Assembly (NCBI GenBank): GCA_017415995.1
Contig: JAFQDN010000020.1
Span: 583-64,582, forward strand
Direction of reading: 5' to 3'
DNA length: 64,000 nucleotides
Source of the DNA: Akkermansia sp.
GTDB lineage: Bacteria; Verrucomicrobiota; Verrucomicrobiia; Verrucomicrobiales; Akkermansiaceae
Part shown: positions 36,372 to 44,964 of the stretch, piece after piece
Layout of the letters: every line of letters starts with the position of its first letter
How positions within the stretch are numbered: position 1 is the first letter of the stretch
Position numbers and translations under genes: made by a program
Notes under the pieces: model-generated
Databases searched by the model: none
Told to the model about the DNA's origin: nothing
What the model saw: the letters and a program-made list of their open reading frames with translations, nothing else

Positions 36372-36617
36372 ATGGTAGCAATTCGTCTCAACCGTCAGGG
36401 GTCCAAGGACCGTCCTTATTACAAAATCGTTGTCGTAGACAGCCGTGCTCGCCGTGATGGCGACTTCATTGAGCAGGTGGGTACCTATAACCCCATGGCT
36501 GAGGGTGAGAACTACACCCTGGACTTGGAGAAGGTTGAAAAGTGGATCAGCAATGGCGCTCAGCCTTCCGAGACTGTCGCTTCCATGATCAAGAAGGCTC
36601 GCGCTGCTAAGGCCTGA
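36372..36617 (+). CDS. rpsP: 30S ribosomal protein S16
   Basis: [41 protein letters not shown] is canonical S16. Confidence 0.95.
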   Translation: MVAIRLNRQGSKDRPYYKIVVVDSRARRDGDFIEQVGTYNPMAEGENYTLDLEKVEKWISNGAQPSETVASMIKKARAAKA

Positions 36618-36663
36618 GTCTCTCCACTCTACTGAAACTTTTTCCTTGGTTGTTTCTGATTTG

Positions 36664-36701
36664 AACCGACCGCGCTTCCCAAAGCGCGGTCGGTTCTTTT
36701 G
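36664..36701 (+). terminator. Intrinsic terminator after rpsP
   Basis: 15-bp perfect stem GAACCGACCGCGCTT / AAGCGCGGTCGGTTC, a 4-nt loop and T4. Confidence 0.85.
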
Positions 36702-36773
36702 CAAGCGCACGTGAGCCGAATCAGCACCCCCGGTGGGGGACGCCGAACTTTGAAAAATTAAAATAATGAATGC

Positions 36774-37046
36774 TCAGCAGTGCAGAATGCGGTTTCCGCA
36801 GCGAGTGAGGCTGTAATACACACCCCCATTGTTTTCCGTGATGCGGTGTTCCTGAACAAGCCCTTGCTCCATGAGTCGGCGGGCTATGCCCCGTACTTCC
36901 GCTGTGCTCTTTCCGGTCTCTGCTGTAATCAGCGCGGTGCTTTTGCCTCGCAGGCACTCCTCGGCCGATCCTTCCAGCGCTTGCAGCAGTAAGTACTCCT
37001 CGGCGGTCAGCCTCCCCTTTATTTCCTTTGCGTAGTCGGTGTTCAT
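36774..37046 (-). CDS. Small winged-helix (MarR/PadR-like) DNA-binding protein, tentative
   Basis: 90 aa from MNTDYAKEIKG. The central ITAETGKSTAEVRGIARRLMEQGLV looks like an HTH recognition helix. A 22-bp palindrome lies just upstream. Confidence 0.45.
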   Translation of the reverse strand: MNTDYAKEIKGRLTAEEYLLLQALEGSAEECLRGKSTALITAETGKSTAEVRGIARRLMEQGLVQEHRITENNGGVYYSLTRCGNRILHC

Positions 37047-37097
37047 ATCTTGTTCTCGTTTCCTTATCCTTTTTATCATGCCGCCTATTCCGTTGTC

Positions 37098-37119
37098 AAA
37101 TGTTAAAAATTTAACATTT
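37098..37119. promoter_or_regulatory. 22-bp palindrome AAATGTTAAA-AA-TTTAACATTT (candidate operator)
   Basis: 10-bp perfect arms, read directly. It abuts a minus-strand TTGACA upstream of the small wHTH gene. Confidence 0.45.
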
Positions 37120-37147
37120 CTAAAAGTTGAAAAACGGCAAATAAGTC

Positions 37148-37176
37148 TTGACAAAATGAAGCATGCTTCATAAAAT
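37148..37176 (+). promoter_or_regulatory. Promoter with an embedded palindromic operator ATGAAGC-AT-GCTTCAT
   Basis: TTGACA (37148-53), a 17-nt spacer, then TAAAAT (37171-76). A perfect 16-bp palindrome at 37156-37171 fills the spacer. Confidence 0.55.
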
Positions 37177-37190
37177 CGGGAGTACGAACT

Positions 37191-37451
37191 ATGACATCCA
37201 TGATGAAAGAGAAGTATATAACTCGATACGAGGCCTCAAAAGGCACGAGTTACACATTTGTCGGTTGGAGGCTATGTGTGACACGTAAGGGCGAGCGTTT
37301 TGTGCGCTATTTTTCAGATTTACACTACGGGGACAGCGATAAGGCGTTGCAAGCTGCTCGGAATATGAGGGAAGCATTACTGATGAGGATAGCGGAGGGA
37401 GTGACGGATTATAAGAGCTTGTTTAACGAATTCCGTCGCTTGGAGGGGTGA
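37191..37451 (+). CDS. Small AP2-like (integrase-type) DNA-binding domain protein, tentative
   Basis: 86 aa. The segment YTFVGWRLCVTRKGERFVRYFSDLHYGDSDKALQAARNMRE resembles the AP2/integrase DNA-binding beta-sheet plus helix. Confidence 0.4.
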   Translation: MTSMMKEKYITRYEASKGTSYTFVGWRLCVTRKGERFVRYFSDLHYGDSDKALQAARNMREALLMRIAEGVTDYKSLFNEFRRLEG

Positions 37452-37502
37452 AACAGAGGTGTCATACGCAATAAAAATCGGATGAAAATCGCAATATTTT
37501 GC

Positions 37503-37530
37503 TTGACTTTCGACCCTTTCTTGGTAAACT
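37503..37530 (+). promoter_or_regulatory. Putative promoter of the marR-RND operon
   Basis: TTGACT (37503-08), a 16-nt spacer, then an extended -10 TGgTAAACT (37522-30). Confidence 0.5.
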
Positions 37531-37537
37531 TTCCGAG

Positions 37538-37563
37538 TTAATATGAAGCGTGCTTCATATTAA
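37538..37563. promoter_or_regulatory. Palindromic operator TTAATATGAAGC-GT-GCTTCATATTAA
   Basis: 12-bp perfect arms. It has the same ATGAAGC-NN-GCTTCAT core as 37156-37171. It lies between the promoter and the MarR start codon. Confidence 0.55.
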
Positions 37564-37579
37564 AGGGAATGCCGGCAAA

Positions 37580-38005
37580 ATGAATACGAAAGCACACAGT
37601 ATATCGTTCCTGATGAAGCTGATAACGGATCGGGCGACGACTCTGTTTACCATGCAGGAAGAGCTGCCGATAACGGTAGCGCAGTGCCGTGTGCTGATGT
37701 ATTTGGAGGCTTGCGGCGGGGGGCCGATATCCCAGAAAGAGTTGGAGCGGCACCTCGGCGTTACACACACCACGGCGAAAGGTCTTTTGCAAAGGCTGGA
37801 AGAGAAGGATTTTGTGCGCACGGCGTTTGACAGCAGCGATGGCCGTGTGAAGAATGCGTACCTGACGGAAAAATCCGGAAGGTTTCGTGATCAAATGCTG
37901 CGGAACACGGAGGCACTGCGCCAACGGATGCTCAACGGGGTGTCCGATGAAGAAATAGACGTGCTGGTAGACCTGCTGGAACGCATCTACCATAACATTA
38001 AATAA
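37580..38005 (+). CDS. MarR family transcriptional regulator
   Basis: wHTH with LPITVAQCRVLMYL...ISQKELERHLGVTHTTAKGLLQRLEEKDFV. Start at MNTKAHS, with AAGGGA 12 nt upstream. Confidence 0.85.
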   Translation: MNTKAHSISFLMKLITDRATTLFTMQEELPITVAQCRVLMYLEACGGGPISQKELERHLGVTHTTAKGLLQRLEEKDFVRTAFDSSDGRVKNAYLTEKSGRFRDQMLRNTEALRQRMLNGVSDEEIDVLVDLLERIYHNIK

Positions 38006-38028
38006 CGATTTTTTATAAGTTCACATAG

Positions 38029-39501
38029 ATGAAGACCAAGAACATAATGCTGATGGCTCTGAGCGGTTTGGCTGTAACGGGTTTGACCGGCTGCGGAGAG
38101 GGAGAGGATGGAAACCCCGGATTTTTTCAACGTTTTTACAATGATTTTATTGCAGGCTTATTGGGTGAGCAGCCTGTTGAGGCGCGTAAAGGTATGCCCC
38201 CCTTGCCGGTATCAGTCATGAAATTGCAGCAGCAAACTGTGCCCGTGTACGCTACGTGGTTCGGTTCTTTGCGGGGTATGGAACAAACCGACATCAAGCC
38301 CGAAGTCGCCGGCAAGATTGTTAAGCAAGTGTACATCAACGGTTCCCCCTGTGAAGAGGGCGAAACGCTCTTTCTGATAGATGACGTAACCTATAAGGCC
38401 GCTGTAGAGATGGCTGCTGCCAACCTAGAGGCTGCCGAGGCTGCTGCCAAGCAGGCGGAAGTTGCTGATGCCCAGGCCCAACAGGATGTGGACCGCTACT
38501 CCGGCTTGGTGAAATCCGGCTCCATTTCCGAGAAGACCTATACGGATGCCTTGCACCAGAAAAACCGCACAGCTGCTGCTTTGGCCGTTACCAAGGCCAA
38601 CGTCAAACAGGCACGCGCAGCCCTCACCAATGCCCAGATTAACTTGGACCGCTGCACCATCAAGGCTCCGTTCAAAGGCTATGCTTCCGCCGCTACTGTG
38701 AGTGTGGGCGACCACGTCTCCCCCGGTGTAAACGTGCTGACCCGCATGAGTGCCATTGACCCCATTCGCGTGGATTTCATGGTGACCGGTAAGCATGTGT
38801 TGGACATCGTGACCCAAACCAACTTTAAAGCCGGGCAGAATATGGAGGCTCCCTTTACAGAGTTTGACGTCTTTTTGGAGGACGGTAGCCTGTACTCCCG
38901 CCGCGGCGTTGTCAAAACCATGGACAGTGAGGTGAACTCCTCCACCGGTACGGTAAACTTCATTGGCGAGATTCCGAACGACGAGCTGCGCTTGCGCTCC
39001 GGTGCCTCTGTGCAGGTGCGTGCCAAAATCGGTGAAGTGAAGGATGCCTTCCTGGTGCCCAAGGGGGCGTTGCTCTCCTCCATGAACCACCGTTTCATTT
39101 ACGTGGTGGGTAAGGATATGCAGCCCTACGGCATTGATGTTATCCTCGGGCCGGAGATTATGCTCGATATGCCCAATGGTGACGGCACAACCGTCAAGAT
39201 GCCCATGCAGGTTGTAACGGCACGCCCCGGCACCAATGAAAAAGGTGAGCCCCGTGGGGACTTGGCTGCCATTTTGCGTGATTTGGGCTACGATAATCCT
39301 CTGGACGTGCCCGTTATCGTTGAGGGCGGGCAGATGGCTCAGATTTACGCCACCGCCAACATGGGCATGAAGAAGCAGGGGATCCCTGCCGGATTCGGTG
39401 TCATTGCGCCTAATCCCCGCGCATACGTTTACACGCCTGCTTACACCACGACCCCCTCTGTCACCGCCAAGCCGTCCCGTCCTGCTGCGCCTCAGAAATA
39501 A
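38029..39501 (+). CDS. RND efflux periplasmic adaptor (membrane fusion protein), lipoprotein
   Basis: Lipobox LTGC, a coiled-coil hairpin, and lipoyl and beta-barrel segments typical of HlyD_D23/MFP. Confidence 0.9.
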   Translation: MKTKNIMLMALSGLAVTGLTGCGEGEDGNPGFFQRFYNDFIAGLLGEQPVEARKGMPPLPVSVMKLQQQTVPVYATWFGSLRGMEQTDIKPEVAGKIVKQVYINGSPCEEGETLFLIDDVTYKAAVEMAAANLEAAEAAAKQAEVADAQAQQDVDRYSGLVKSGSISEKTYTDALHQKNRTAAALAVTKANVKQARAALTNAQINLDRCTIKAPFKGYASAATVSVGDHVSPGVNVLTRMSAIDPIRVDFMVTGKHVLDIVTQTNFKAGQNMEAPFTEFDVFLEDGSLYSRRGVVKTMDSEVNSSTGTVNFIGEIPNDELRLRSGASVQVRAKIGEVKDAFLVPKGALLSSMNHRFIYVVGKDMQPYGIDVILGPEIMLDMPNGDGTTVKMPMQVVTARPGTNEKGEPRGDLAAILRDLGYDNPLDVPVIVEGGQMAQIYATANMGMKKQGIPAGFGVIAPNPRAYVYTPAYTTTPSVTAKPSRPAAPQK

Positions 39502-39510
39502 GGAGATGCT

Positions 39511-42500
39511 ATGAGTGCATATTTCATTAAACACCCGGTGATTGCTACGGTAATTGCCGTATTGACGACAGTGCTGGGCGTGGTTTGCCTGATGAACCTG
39601 CCCATTGCACAGTACCCCGAGATTACGCCGCGTACGATTAACCTGACGGCCATGTATCCCGGTGCGGATGCCCAGGCAGTGGCGGACTCTGTGGGTACCC
39701 CCATTGAGCGCCAGATGAACGGCATCCAGCACATGGACTACATGACCTCTGTGTCCTCCAACAACGGTGTGTACAACTTGCAGGTCGTGTTCTCCCCGGA
39801 ATCCGATACGGATATTGACCAAGTGCTGACCAACATGCGCTACGGGCAGGCTCAATCTCAGGTGCCTACAGAGGTGCTTAACTCCGGTATTACCATTCGC
39901 CAGCAGCCCGGTTTGCCCCTGATGCTCTACTCCCTGACCTCCCCGGATGGCACGTATGACGCTGTGGACTTGGCCAACTTTGCGCAGGTAAAGCTCCTGG
40001 ATGAGATTAAACGTGTGCCCGGCGTGGGTGAGGTAACGGTTTACGGTGCAGGGCGTTATGCTATCCGTATTTGGCTGGATACCGTGAAGATGGCCCACTT
40101 CGGTATTTCTCTTAACGAGGTGCAGGGCGCTGTGCGCCAACAGAATGTGACCAACCCCGGCGGTAAGGTGGGCGCGGACCCCGTGCCGAATGGACAGGAA
40201 ACGACCATCACCATCCGTACTCAAGGCCGTTTGTCCTCCACGGAGGAGTTCGAGAATATCATTGTCCGCCAGCGCGGAGATGAGGTGGTGTTCCTCAAGG
40301 ATATTGCCACCTTGGAGCTTGGCTCCGAGAACTACTCCGCCACGGGGCGCCTTAATCGTAAAACTTCCGCTACGGTGGTGGTTTTCCAAGCTCCCGGCTC
40401 CAACGCTATTGAAACGGTGGACCGTGTGTCCGCATTGCTGGCTTCCAAGCCGCTGCCTCCCGGTATAGAGGGTGATGTTTCCCTGGATACCACGACATCC
40501 GTTCGCTATTCCATTGATGAAATTTATCACACCTTCATTGAGGCTGTGGTACTGGTAGCCTTGGTGGTGTTCCTCTTCTTGCAGAACTGGCGCGCCACGC
40601 TGATTCCGCTGATTGCCGTGCCGGTATCGCTGGTGTCCACCTTCTGCGTATTCCCGTTGCTCGGTTTCACGCTTAACACGATTTCCCTGTTAGGTATGGT
40701 GTTGGCCATCGGTTTGGTGGTGGATGATGCCATTGTGGTGGTGGAAGCCGTGCAGCACCATATAGATAAGGGGCTGAACCCCCGCATGGCCGCCTTCGCT
40801 GCCATGCAGGAAGTGAGTGGCCCCGTAATTGCTATTGCTCTTGTGCTGGCCGCCGTGTTCTTGCCCGCCCTTATGCTGGAGGGTATCACCGGCACGCTTT
40901 TCAAGCAATTCGCCATCACGATTGCAATTTCCATGCTCATCTCCGCATTCAATGCTCTTACGCTTTCCCCGGCATTGTGTGCGCTGATGCTCAAATCCAA
41001 GTCGGAGGAAGAGCGCGTGCCGACCGGCTTCTTCGGCAAGCTTATTTTCAACATTCGCCGTTTTACCGTCAAGCCGTTCTTCCGTGTGTTCAACAAGTGC
41101 TATGACAGTACGGCTAGTGTTTACACCCGTATTTGCGGTGGCTTGGCTCGCAAGCTGATTATTTCCATGCCTCTCTTGCTTCTCTTCTGGTTGGCTATCA
41201 AACCCATCAGCAGCAAGGTCCCCGGGGCATTCCTTCCGGATGAGGACCAGGGCTTCCTGTTGGCTGCTCTTGTGATGAAGCCGGATACCTCCCTTCAGCG
41301 TGCCATGGAGCAGAACAAGAAGTTTGAGGATGCTCTTGCCGGCCCCGCCGGTCATCAGGATCCCGCCATCAAAAATATCACTTCCGTGGTCGGTATCAAC
41401 ATCCTCAACATGGTGCAAACGCCCGGTGCAGCCATTGCTTTCGTGCAGCTTAAAGACTGGAGCGAGCGTGAGGAAACTGCTGAGGACGTCCAAAAACGCC
41501 TTAACCTGCGTTGCCAAATGGCCGGTTTGGACGGTATCTCCATGGTGCTGATTCCGCCGGCAATTCCCGGTGTGGGTACGGCTAACGGTGTTACTTTTGT
41601 GCTGACGGACCTTGAAGGTCAGGGTGTGGAGTTCCTCTACCAACAGGTGCAGAAGTTCAATCAAGCCGCTTCCGCCCGCCCGGAGGTTGCCTCGTGCCGT
41701 GATATGATGATGGCCGACGTGCCCCAGAAGTACTTGGAGCTGGACCGCGCCAAGTGCCAGAAGTACGGCGTTTCCATCAGTGATGCATACGGCGTACTGG
41801 CGTCTTACTACGGCTCTTCTTTCGTGAACTTCTTCAACGCCTATGGCCAGCAGTGGCAGGTGTACATGCAGGCTCGCGGTGAGGATCGTATCTCGCTGGA
41901 GCAGATGGCCGGGTTCTTCGTCATCAACAAACGTGGTGAAAAGGTGCCTTTGGATGCCATTGTCAGCGTGCGTGATATTGCGGAAACGGAGTTCGTGATG
42001 CACCACAACGGCTACAATGCTGCCAAGATTAACATTATGCCCAATCCCGGCTTCTCCACCCAGCAGCTCATGCTTGCCATGGAGGAGGTGTACAACCAAA
42101 CCATGGATAAAAATAAGGTCGGCATGGACTACCAGGATATGTCTTTCCAGGAAAACAAGGTGCGTAACAGTACCGGATTGGGGACTATCTTCCTGATGTC
42201 CGGCTTCTTTGCCTTCCTCATTCTTGCTGCTCTGTACGAGAAGTGGACGCTGCCCATTTCCGTATTCATGACGGTGCCCATCGCCGTGCTCGGTGCATAC
42301 TTCGGCCTCTACTGCATGCAGTTGGACCTCAATCTCTATGCTCAGGTGGGGCTGGTGATGCTGGTGGGCTTGGCGGCTAAGAATGCCATTCTTATCGTGG
42401 AGTTTGCCAACTTGGAGATGGAGCGTGGTAAGTCTCTGATGGATGCCACCTTGGCCGCAGCGCGCCTGCGCCTGCGCCCCATCATCATGACCTCGCTCGC

Positions 42501-42750
42501 CTTCATCCTCGGTTGTGTCCCGCTGGTGCTTTCCTCCGGTTCCGGTGCCTTGGCTCGTAACGCCATCGGCATTGTGGTGGTGGTAGGTATGGCCGTAGCC
42601 ACCTTCGTGGGTGTGTTCCTGATTCCCTGTTCTTACGTTGCCATCATGCGCCTCTTCCGCATCCGGTTTGAGCGCAAGACGCTGGAGGCAGACCCCGACG
42701 AAGAAGGCGCACGCCGCTACTTGGTGGAGCATGGTAATGACTCCGAATAA
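39511..42750 (+). CDS. RND multidrug efflux permease (HAE1/AcrB-like)
   Basis: 1079 aa with MSAYFIKHPVIATV..., 12 TM helices and two large periplasmic loops. VVDDAIVVVE is the typical TM4 motif. Confidence 0.95.
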   Translation: MSAYFIKHPVIATVIAVLTTVLGVVCLMNLPIAQYPEITPRTINLTAMYPGADAQAVADSVGTPIERQMNGIQHMDYMTSVSSNNGVYNLQVVFSPESDTDIDQVLTNMRYGQAQSQVPTEVLNSGITIRQQPGLPLMLYSLTSPDGTYDAVDLANFAQVKLLDEIKRVPGVGEVTVYGAGRYAIRIWLDTVKMAHFGISLNEVQGAVRQQNVTNPGGKVGADPVPNGQETTITIRTQGRLSSTEEFENIIVRQRGDEVVFLKDIATLELGSENYSATGRLNRKTSATVVVFQAPGSNAIETVDRVSALLASKPLPPGIEGDVSLDTTTSVRYSIDEIYHTFIEAVVLVALVVFLFLQNWRATLIPLIAVPVSLVSTFCVFPLLGFTLNTISLLGMVLAIGLVVDDAIVVVEAVQHHIDKGLNPRMAAFAAMQEVSGPVIAIALVLAAVFLPALMLEGITGTLFKQFAITIAISMLISAFNALTLSPALCALMLKSKSEEERVPTGFFGKLIFNIRRFTVKPFFRVFNKCYDSTASVYTRICGGLARKLIISMPLLLLFWLAIKPISSKVPGAFLPDEDQGFLLAALVMKPDTSLQRAMEQNKKFEDALAGPAGHQDPAIKNITSVVGINILNMVQTPGAAIAFVQLKDWSEREETAEDVQKRLNLRCQMAGLDGISMVLIPPAIPGVGTANGVTFVLTDLEGQGVEFLYQQVQKFNQAASARPEVASCRDMMMADVPQKYLELDRAKCQKYGVSISDAYGVLASYYGSSFVNFFNAYGQQWQVYMQARGEDRISLEQMAGFFVINKRGEKVPLDAIVSVRDIAETEFVMHHNGYNAAKINIMPNPGFSTQQLMLAMEEVYNQTMDKNKVGMDYQDMSFQENKVRNSTGLGTIFLMSGFFAFLILAALYEKWTLPISVFMTVPIAVLGAYFGLYCMQLDLNLYAQVGLVMLVGLAAKNAILIVEFANLEMERGKSLMDATLAAARLRLRPIIMTSLAFILGCVPLVLSSGSGALARNAIGIVVVVGMAVATFVGVFLIPCSYVAIMRLFRIRFERKTLEADPDEEGARRYLVEHGNDSE

Positions 42751-42787
42751 CTTTTCCCTCAAACTCTTAATTAAACCAATACACAAT

Positions 42788-44185
42788 ATGACTAAAAGCG
42801 CAATCCTGATCCTTGCCGGCGCGGTGGTATTATCCACAGGCTGCAAACTCGGCCCGAGCTGGAGTAAACCCAACATGGATGTTCCTGCTGCCTTCCGTGG
42901 TGACGGCATCGGGGGTGGTACGATGGCTGATACTCCTTGGCAGAGTGTCATCAGCGACTCCAACCTCAAGAGTCTCCTGACTGATGTTTTCAACAACAAC
43001 CGTTCCTTGCAGGCCATGCAACGTAACGTGAACGTTGCTCGCCAGTATGTGACCATTGCCAAAGCCCCCATCTTCCCGTGGTTCGGGTACGGGGCGCACA
43101 CGTCCAAGGGCATGAACTCCTCCGGTGGCTCCAATATCTCCCAAATGGGCGGTACTACGGTTAATCCCGGCTCTGCTTCCCTTACCGCCTCTTGGGAAAT
43201 TGACATCTGGGGTAAAACGCGTCGCGGTGTGGAAAGTGCCGAGGCTTCCGCCCAGGAGGCTCAGGAGAATCTGCACGCCATGCGCGCTTCCTTGCTGCGC
43301 CAAGTGGCCACAGGTTACCTCCAGCTACTGATGCTGGATGAGCAACTGCGCATTACCCGTGAATCCGTGGATTCCTATCGCGACTCTCTCAACCTCTTCA
43401 ACAGCCAGTTCGATTCCGGTATGGTGGATGGCCTTCAGGTGGCCAGCGCCAAGGCTGCTCTTGCTGCTGCCGAGGCTGAGGTGCCCGCTCTGGAGATGCA
43501 GATTGCCTCCATGGAAAATACTCTCAGCGTGCTTGCCGGGCGTACCCCGGGTCCTATTGCCCGCAGTGGTTCCCTCCAGCGCTTTGTAAGCAACAGCCGT
43601 GTTTCCTCCGGTATCCCGGCAGATGTCATTGCACGCCGCCCGGACATCCGCGCCAAGGAGCAGGCTCTGCGCGCTGCCAATGCTGAGATTGGCGTGGCCA
43701 TTGCCTCTTACTTCCCCTCCATCAGCCTGACCGGCTCCGCCGGTTATGCCTCAGCGGATCTCCGCCGCACCACCTCCGGCTATGCTCATAAGTCCGGCTG
43801 GGGTATTGGTGCTAACCTGACCGGCCCGCTCTTCCAAGCAGGGCAGCTTACCGCCAACAAGCGCGCCAAGAAGGAGGCCTTTATGGCTGCCAAGGCAGAG
43901 TACGAGCAGACTGTGCTTTCCGCTCTCGCGGAAATCTCCTCCACTCTTGTGGAGCGTCAGAAACTCCGCCAGGTTATCGCCAAGCAGGAGCAGGCCGTTG
44001 CCGCTTATGAGGAAAGCGTGCGCCTTGCCAAGGAGCGTTACAAGGACGGCTTGTCCGCCTACTTCGAGGTTTTGGACAACCAGCTGCGCCTCTTCCCCGC
44101 TCAAAAGCAGCTTGCTGCATACCGTTATCAGTACGCAGCCTGCATCCCCACCCTCTACACCCAGTTGGGTGGCGGTTGGCGCTGA
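42788..44185 (+). CDS. RND efflux outer-membrane factor lipoprotein (NodT family)
   Basis: Lipobox VLSTGC followed by two OEP repeats. Start at MTKSAIL, since the longer ORF overlaps the permease. Confidence 0.9.
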   Translation: MTKSAILILAGAVVLSTGCKLGPSWSKPNMDVPAAFRGDGIGGGTMADTPWQSVISDSNLKSLLTDVFNNNRSLQAMQRNVNVARQYVTIAKAPIFPWFGYGAHTSKGMNSSGGSNISQMGGTTVNPGSASLTASWEIDIWGKTRRGVESAEASAQEAQENLHAMRASLLRQVATGYLQLLMLDEQLRITRESVDSYRDSLNLFNSQFDSGMVDGLQVASAKAALAAAEAEVPALEMQIASMENTLSVLAGRTPGPIARSGSLQRFVSNSRVSSGIPADVIARRPDIRAKEQALRAANAEIGVAIASYFPSISLTGSAGYASADLRRTTSGYAHKSGWGIGANLTGPLFQAGQLTANKRAKKEAFMAAKAEYEQTVLSALAEISSTLVERQKLRQVIAKQEQAVAAYEESVRLAKERYKDGLSAYFEVLDNQLRLFPAQKQLAAYRYQYAACIPTLYTQLGGGWR

Positions 44186-44210
44186 TGCTTTTCCCTGCGC
44201 TATCCCTTTT

Positions 44211-44249
44211 CAGAGCAAGGTTGTGTGTTGCAGCCTTGCTCTGTCTTTT
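44211..44249 (+). terminator. Intrinsic terminator of the RND operon
   Basis: CAGAGCAAGG / CCTTGCTCTG 10-bp stem followed by TCTTTT. Confidence 0.65.
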
Positions 44250-44278
44250 CAGCTGGAGTTAGTAGTTAGTCCTGTTAC

Positions 44279-44306
44279 AAAAAAACGCCCTCGTTAAGAG
44301 GGCGTT
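44279..44306 (-). terminator. Intrinsic terminator of the caspase operon
   Basis: Minus strand AACGCCCTC / GAGGGCGTT stem with a 5-nt loop, followed by U7. Confidence 0.75.
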
Positions 44307-44331
44307 GCTTTCGGATTGCTGAAAATCGGTG

Positions 44332-44940
44332 TCAGTTTCCTGCTTCTGTTGCGGCTTGTTCCCATTTAGCAGCTTCCGCCTCGTCCATCTCCACGCCGAG
44401 ACCAAGCTTGTAGCACTCGGAAAGCTTGCGGCAGGCGTCTGCATTTCCTTGCTCCGCAGCGGCTCGGTATTGCTCCACTGCCTTCACAAAGTTGAGGGGC
44501 TCGCTGCGGGTGTTGAAGTAGCATTCCGCCAGTTTGTATTGCGCATCTGCAATTCCGGCTTCCGCAAACTCCTTGTACCACGCAATGGCTGCTTTGGCAT
44601 CCGTGGGGGCTCCCTCACCGTTGTTGTAGCGCTCCTCGGGGCCGGCTGCGGGCTCCTCCTCTTCTTCCTCTGCCTGCACGGTATCGCTCTTCTTGACCTT
44701 CATGCCGCGCGTGCCTACTGTGCTTTCATCGGCAGTTGCTTCGCTCGTTGCTGCCTCTTCAGCGGGAACAGGGGGGACAGTTGTGGTGTCAGCCGTTGTT
44801 TCGCTTGTTTCCGGGGCTGTGGCTTGCTCTTGTACTGCCGGTTCAGGCTTTGCTTCCGGGGCAGGGGCGGTTTCCTCCTGCCCGCATGAGGCAAGCAGGA
44901 TGGCGGCAGCGCATAATGCGTAGTGTTTGTTCAGTTTCAT
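44332..44940 (-). CDS. Sel1-repeat lipoprotein with a disordered TRGMKVKK-containing linker
   Basis: Lipobox MKLNKHYALCAAAILLASC, a P/T/E/A-rich linker and two Sel1 repeats (AIAWYKEFAEAGIADAQYKLAECY; AVEQYRAAAEQGNADACRKLSECY). Confidence 0.8.
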   Translation of the reverse strand: MKLNKHYALCAAAILLASCGQEETAPAPEAKPEPAVQEQATAPETSETTADTTTVPPVPAEEAATSEATADESTVGTRGMKVKKSDTVQAEEEEEEPAAGPEERYNNGEGAPTDAKAAIAWYKEFAEAGIADAQYKLAECYFNTRSEPLNFVKAVEQYRAAAEQGNADACRKLSECYKLGLGVEMDEAEAAKWEQAATEAGN

Positions 44941-44964
44941 GTGTACGGATTGGTTTAGATTAAG

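Noticed and set aside
38425-43206. Two very long minus-strand ORFs (701 aa and 838 aa) antisense to the RND adaptor and permease genes
   Set aside because: Their translations are low-complexity (H/G/R/L/V-rich) with no recognisable motifs. The plus strand encodes unmistakable MFP and AcrB-like proteins. These are typical shadow ORFs of GC-rich, codon-biased genes.
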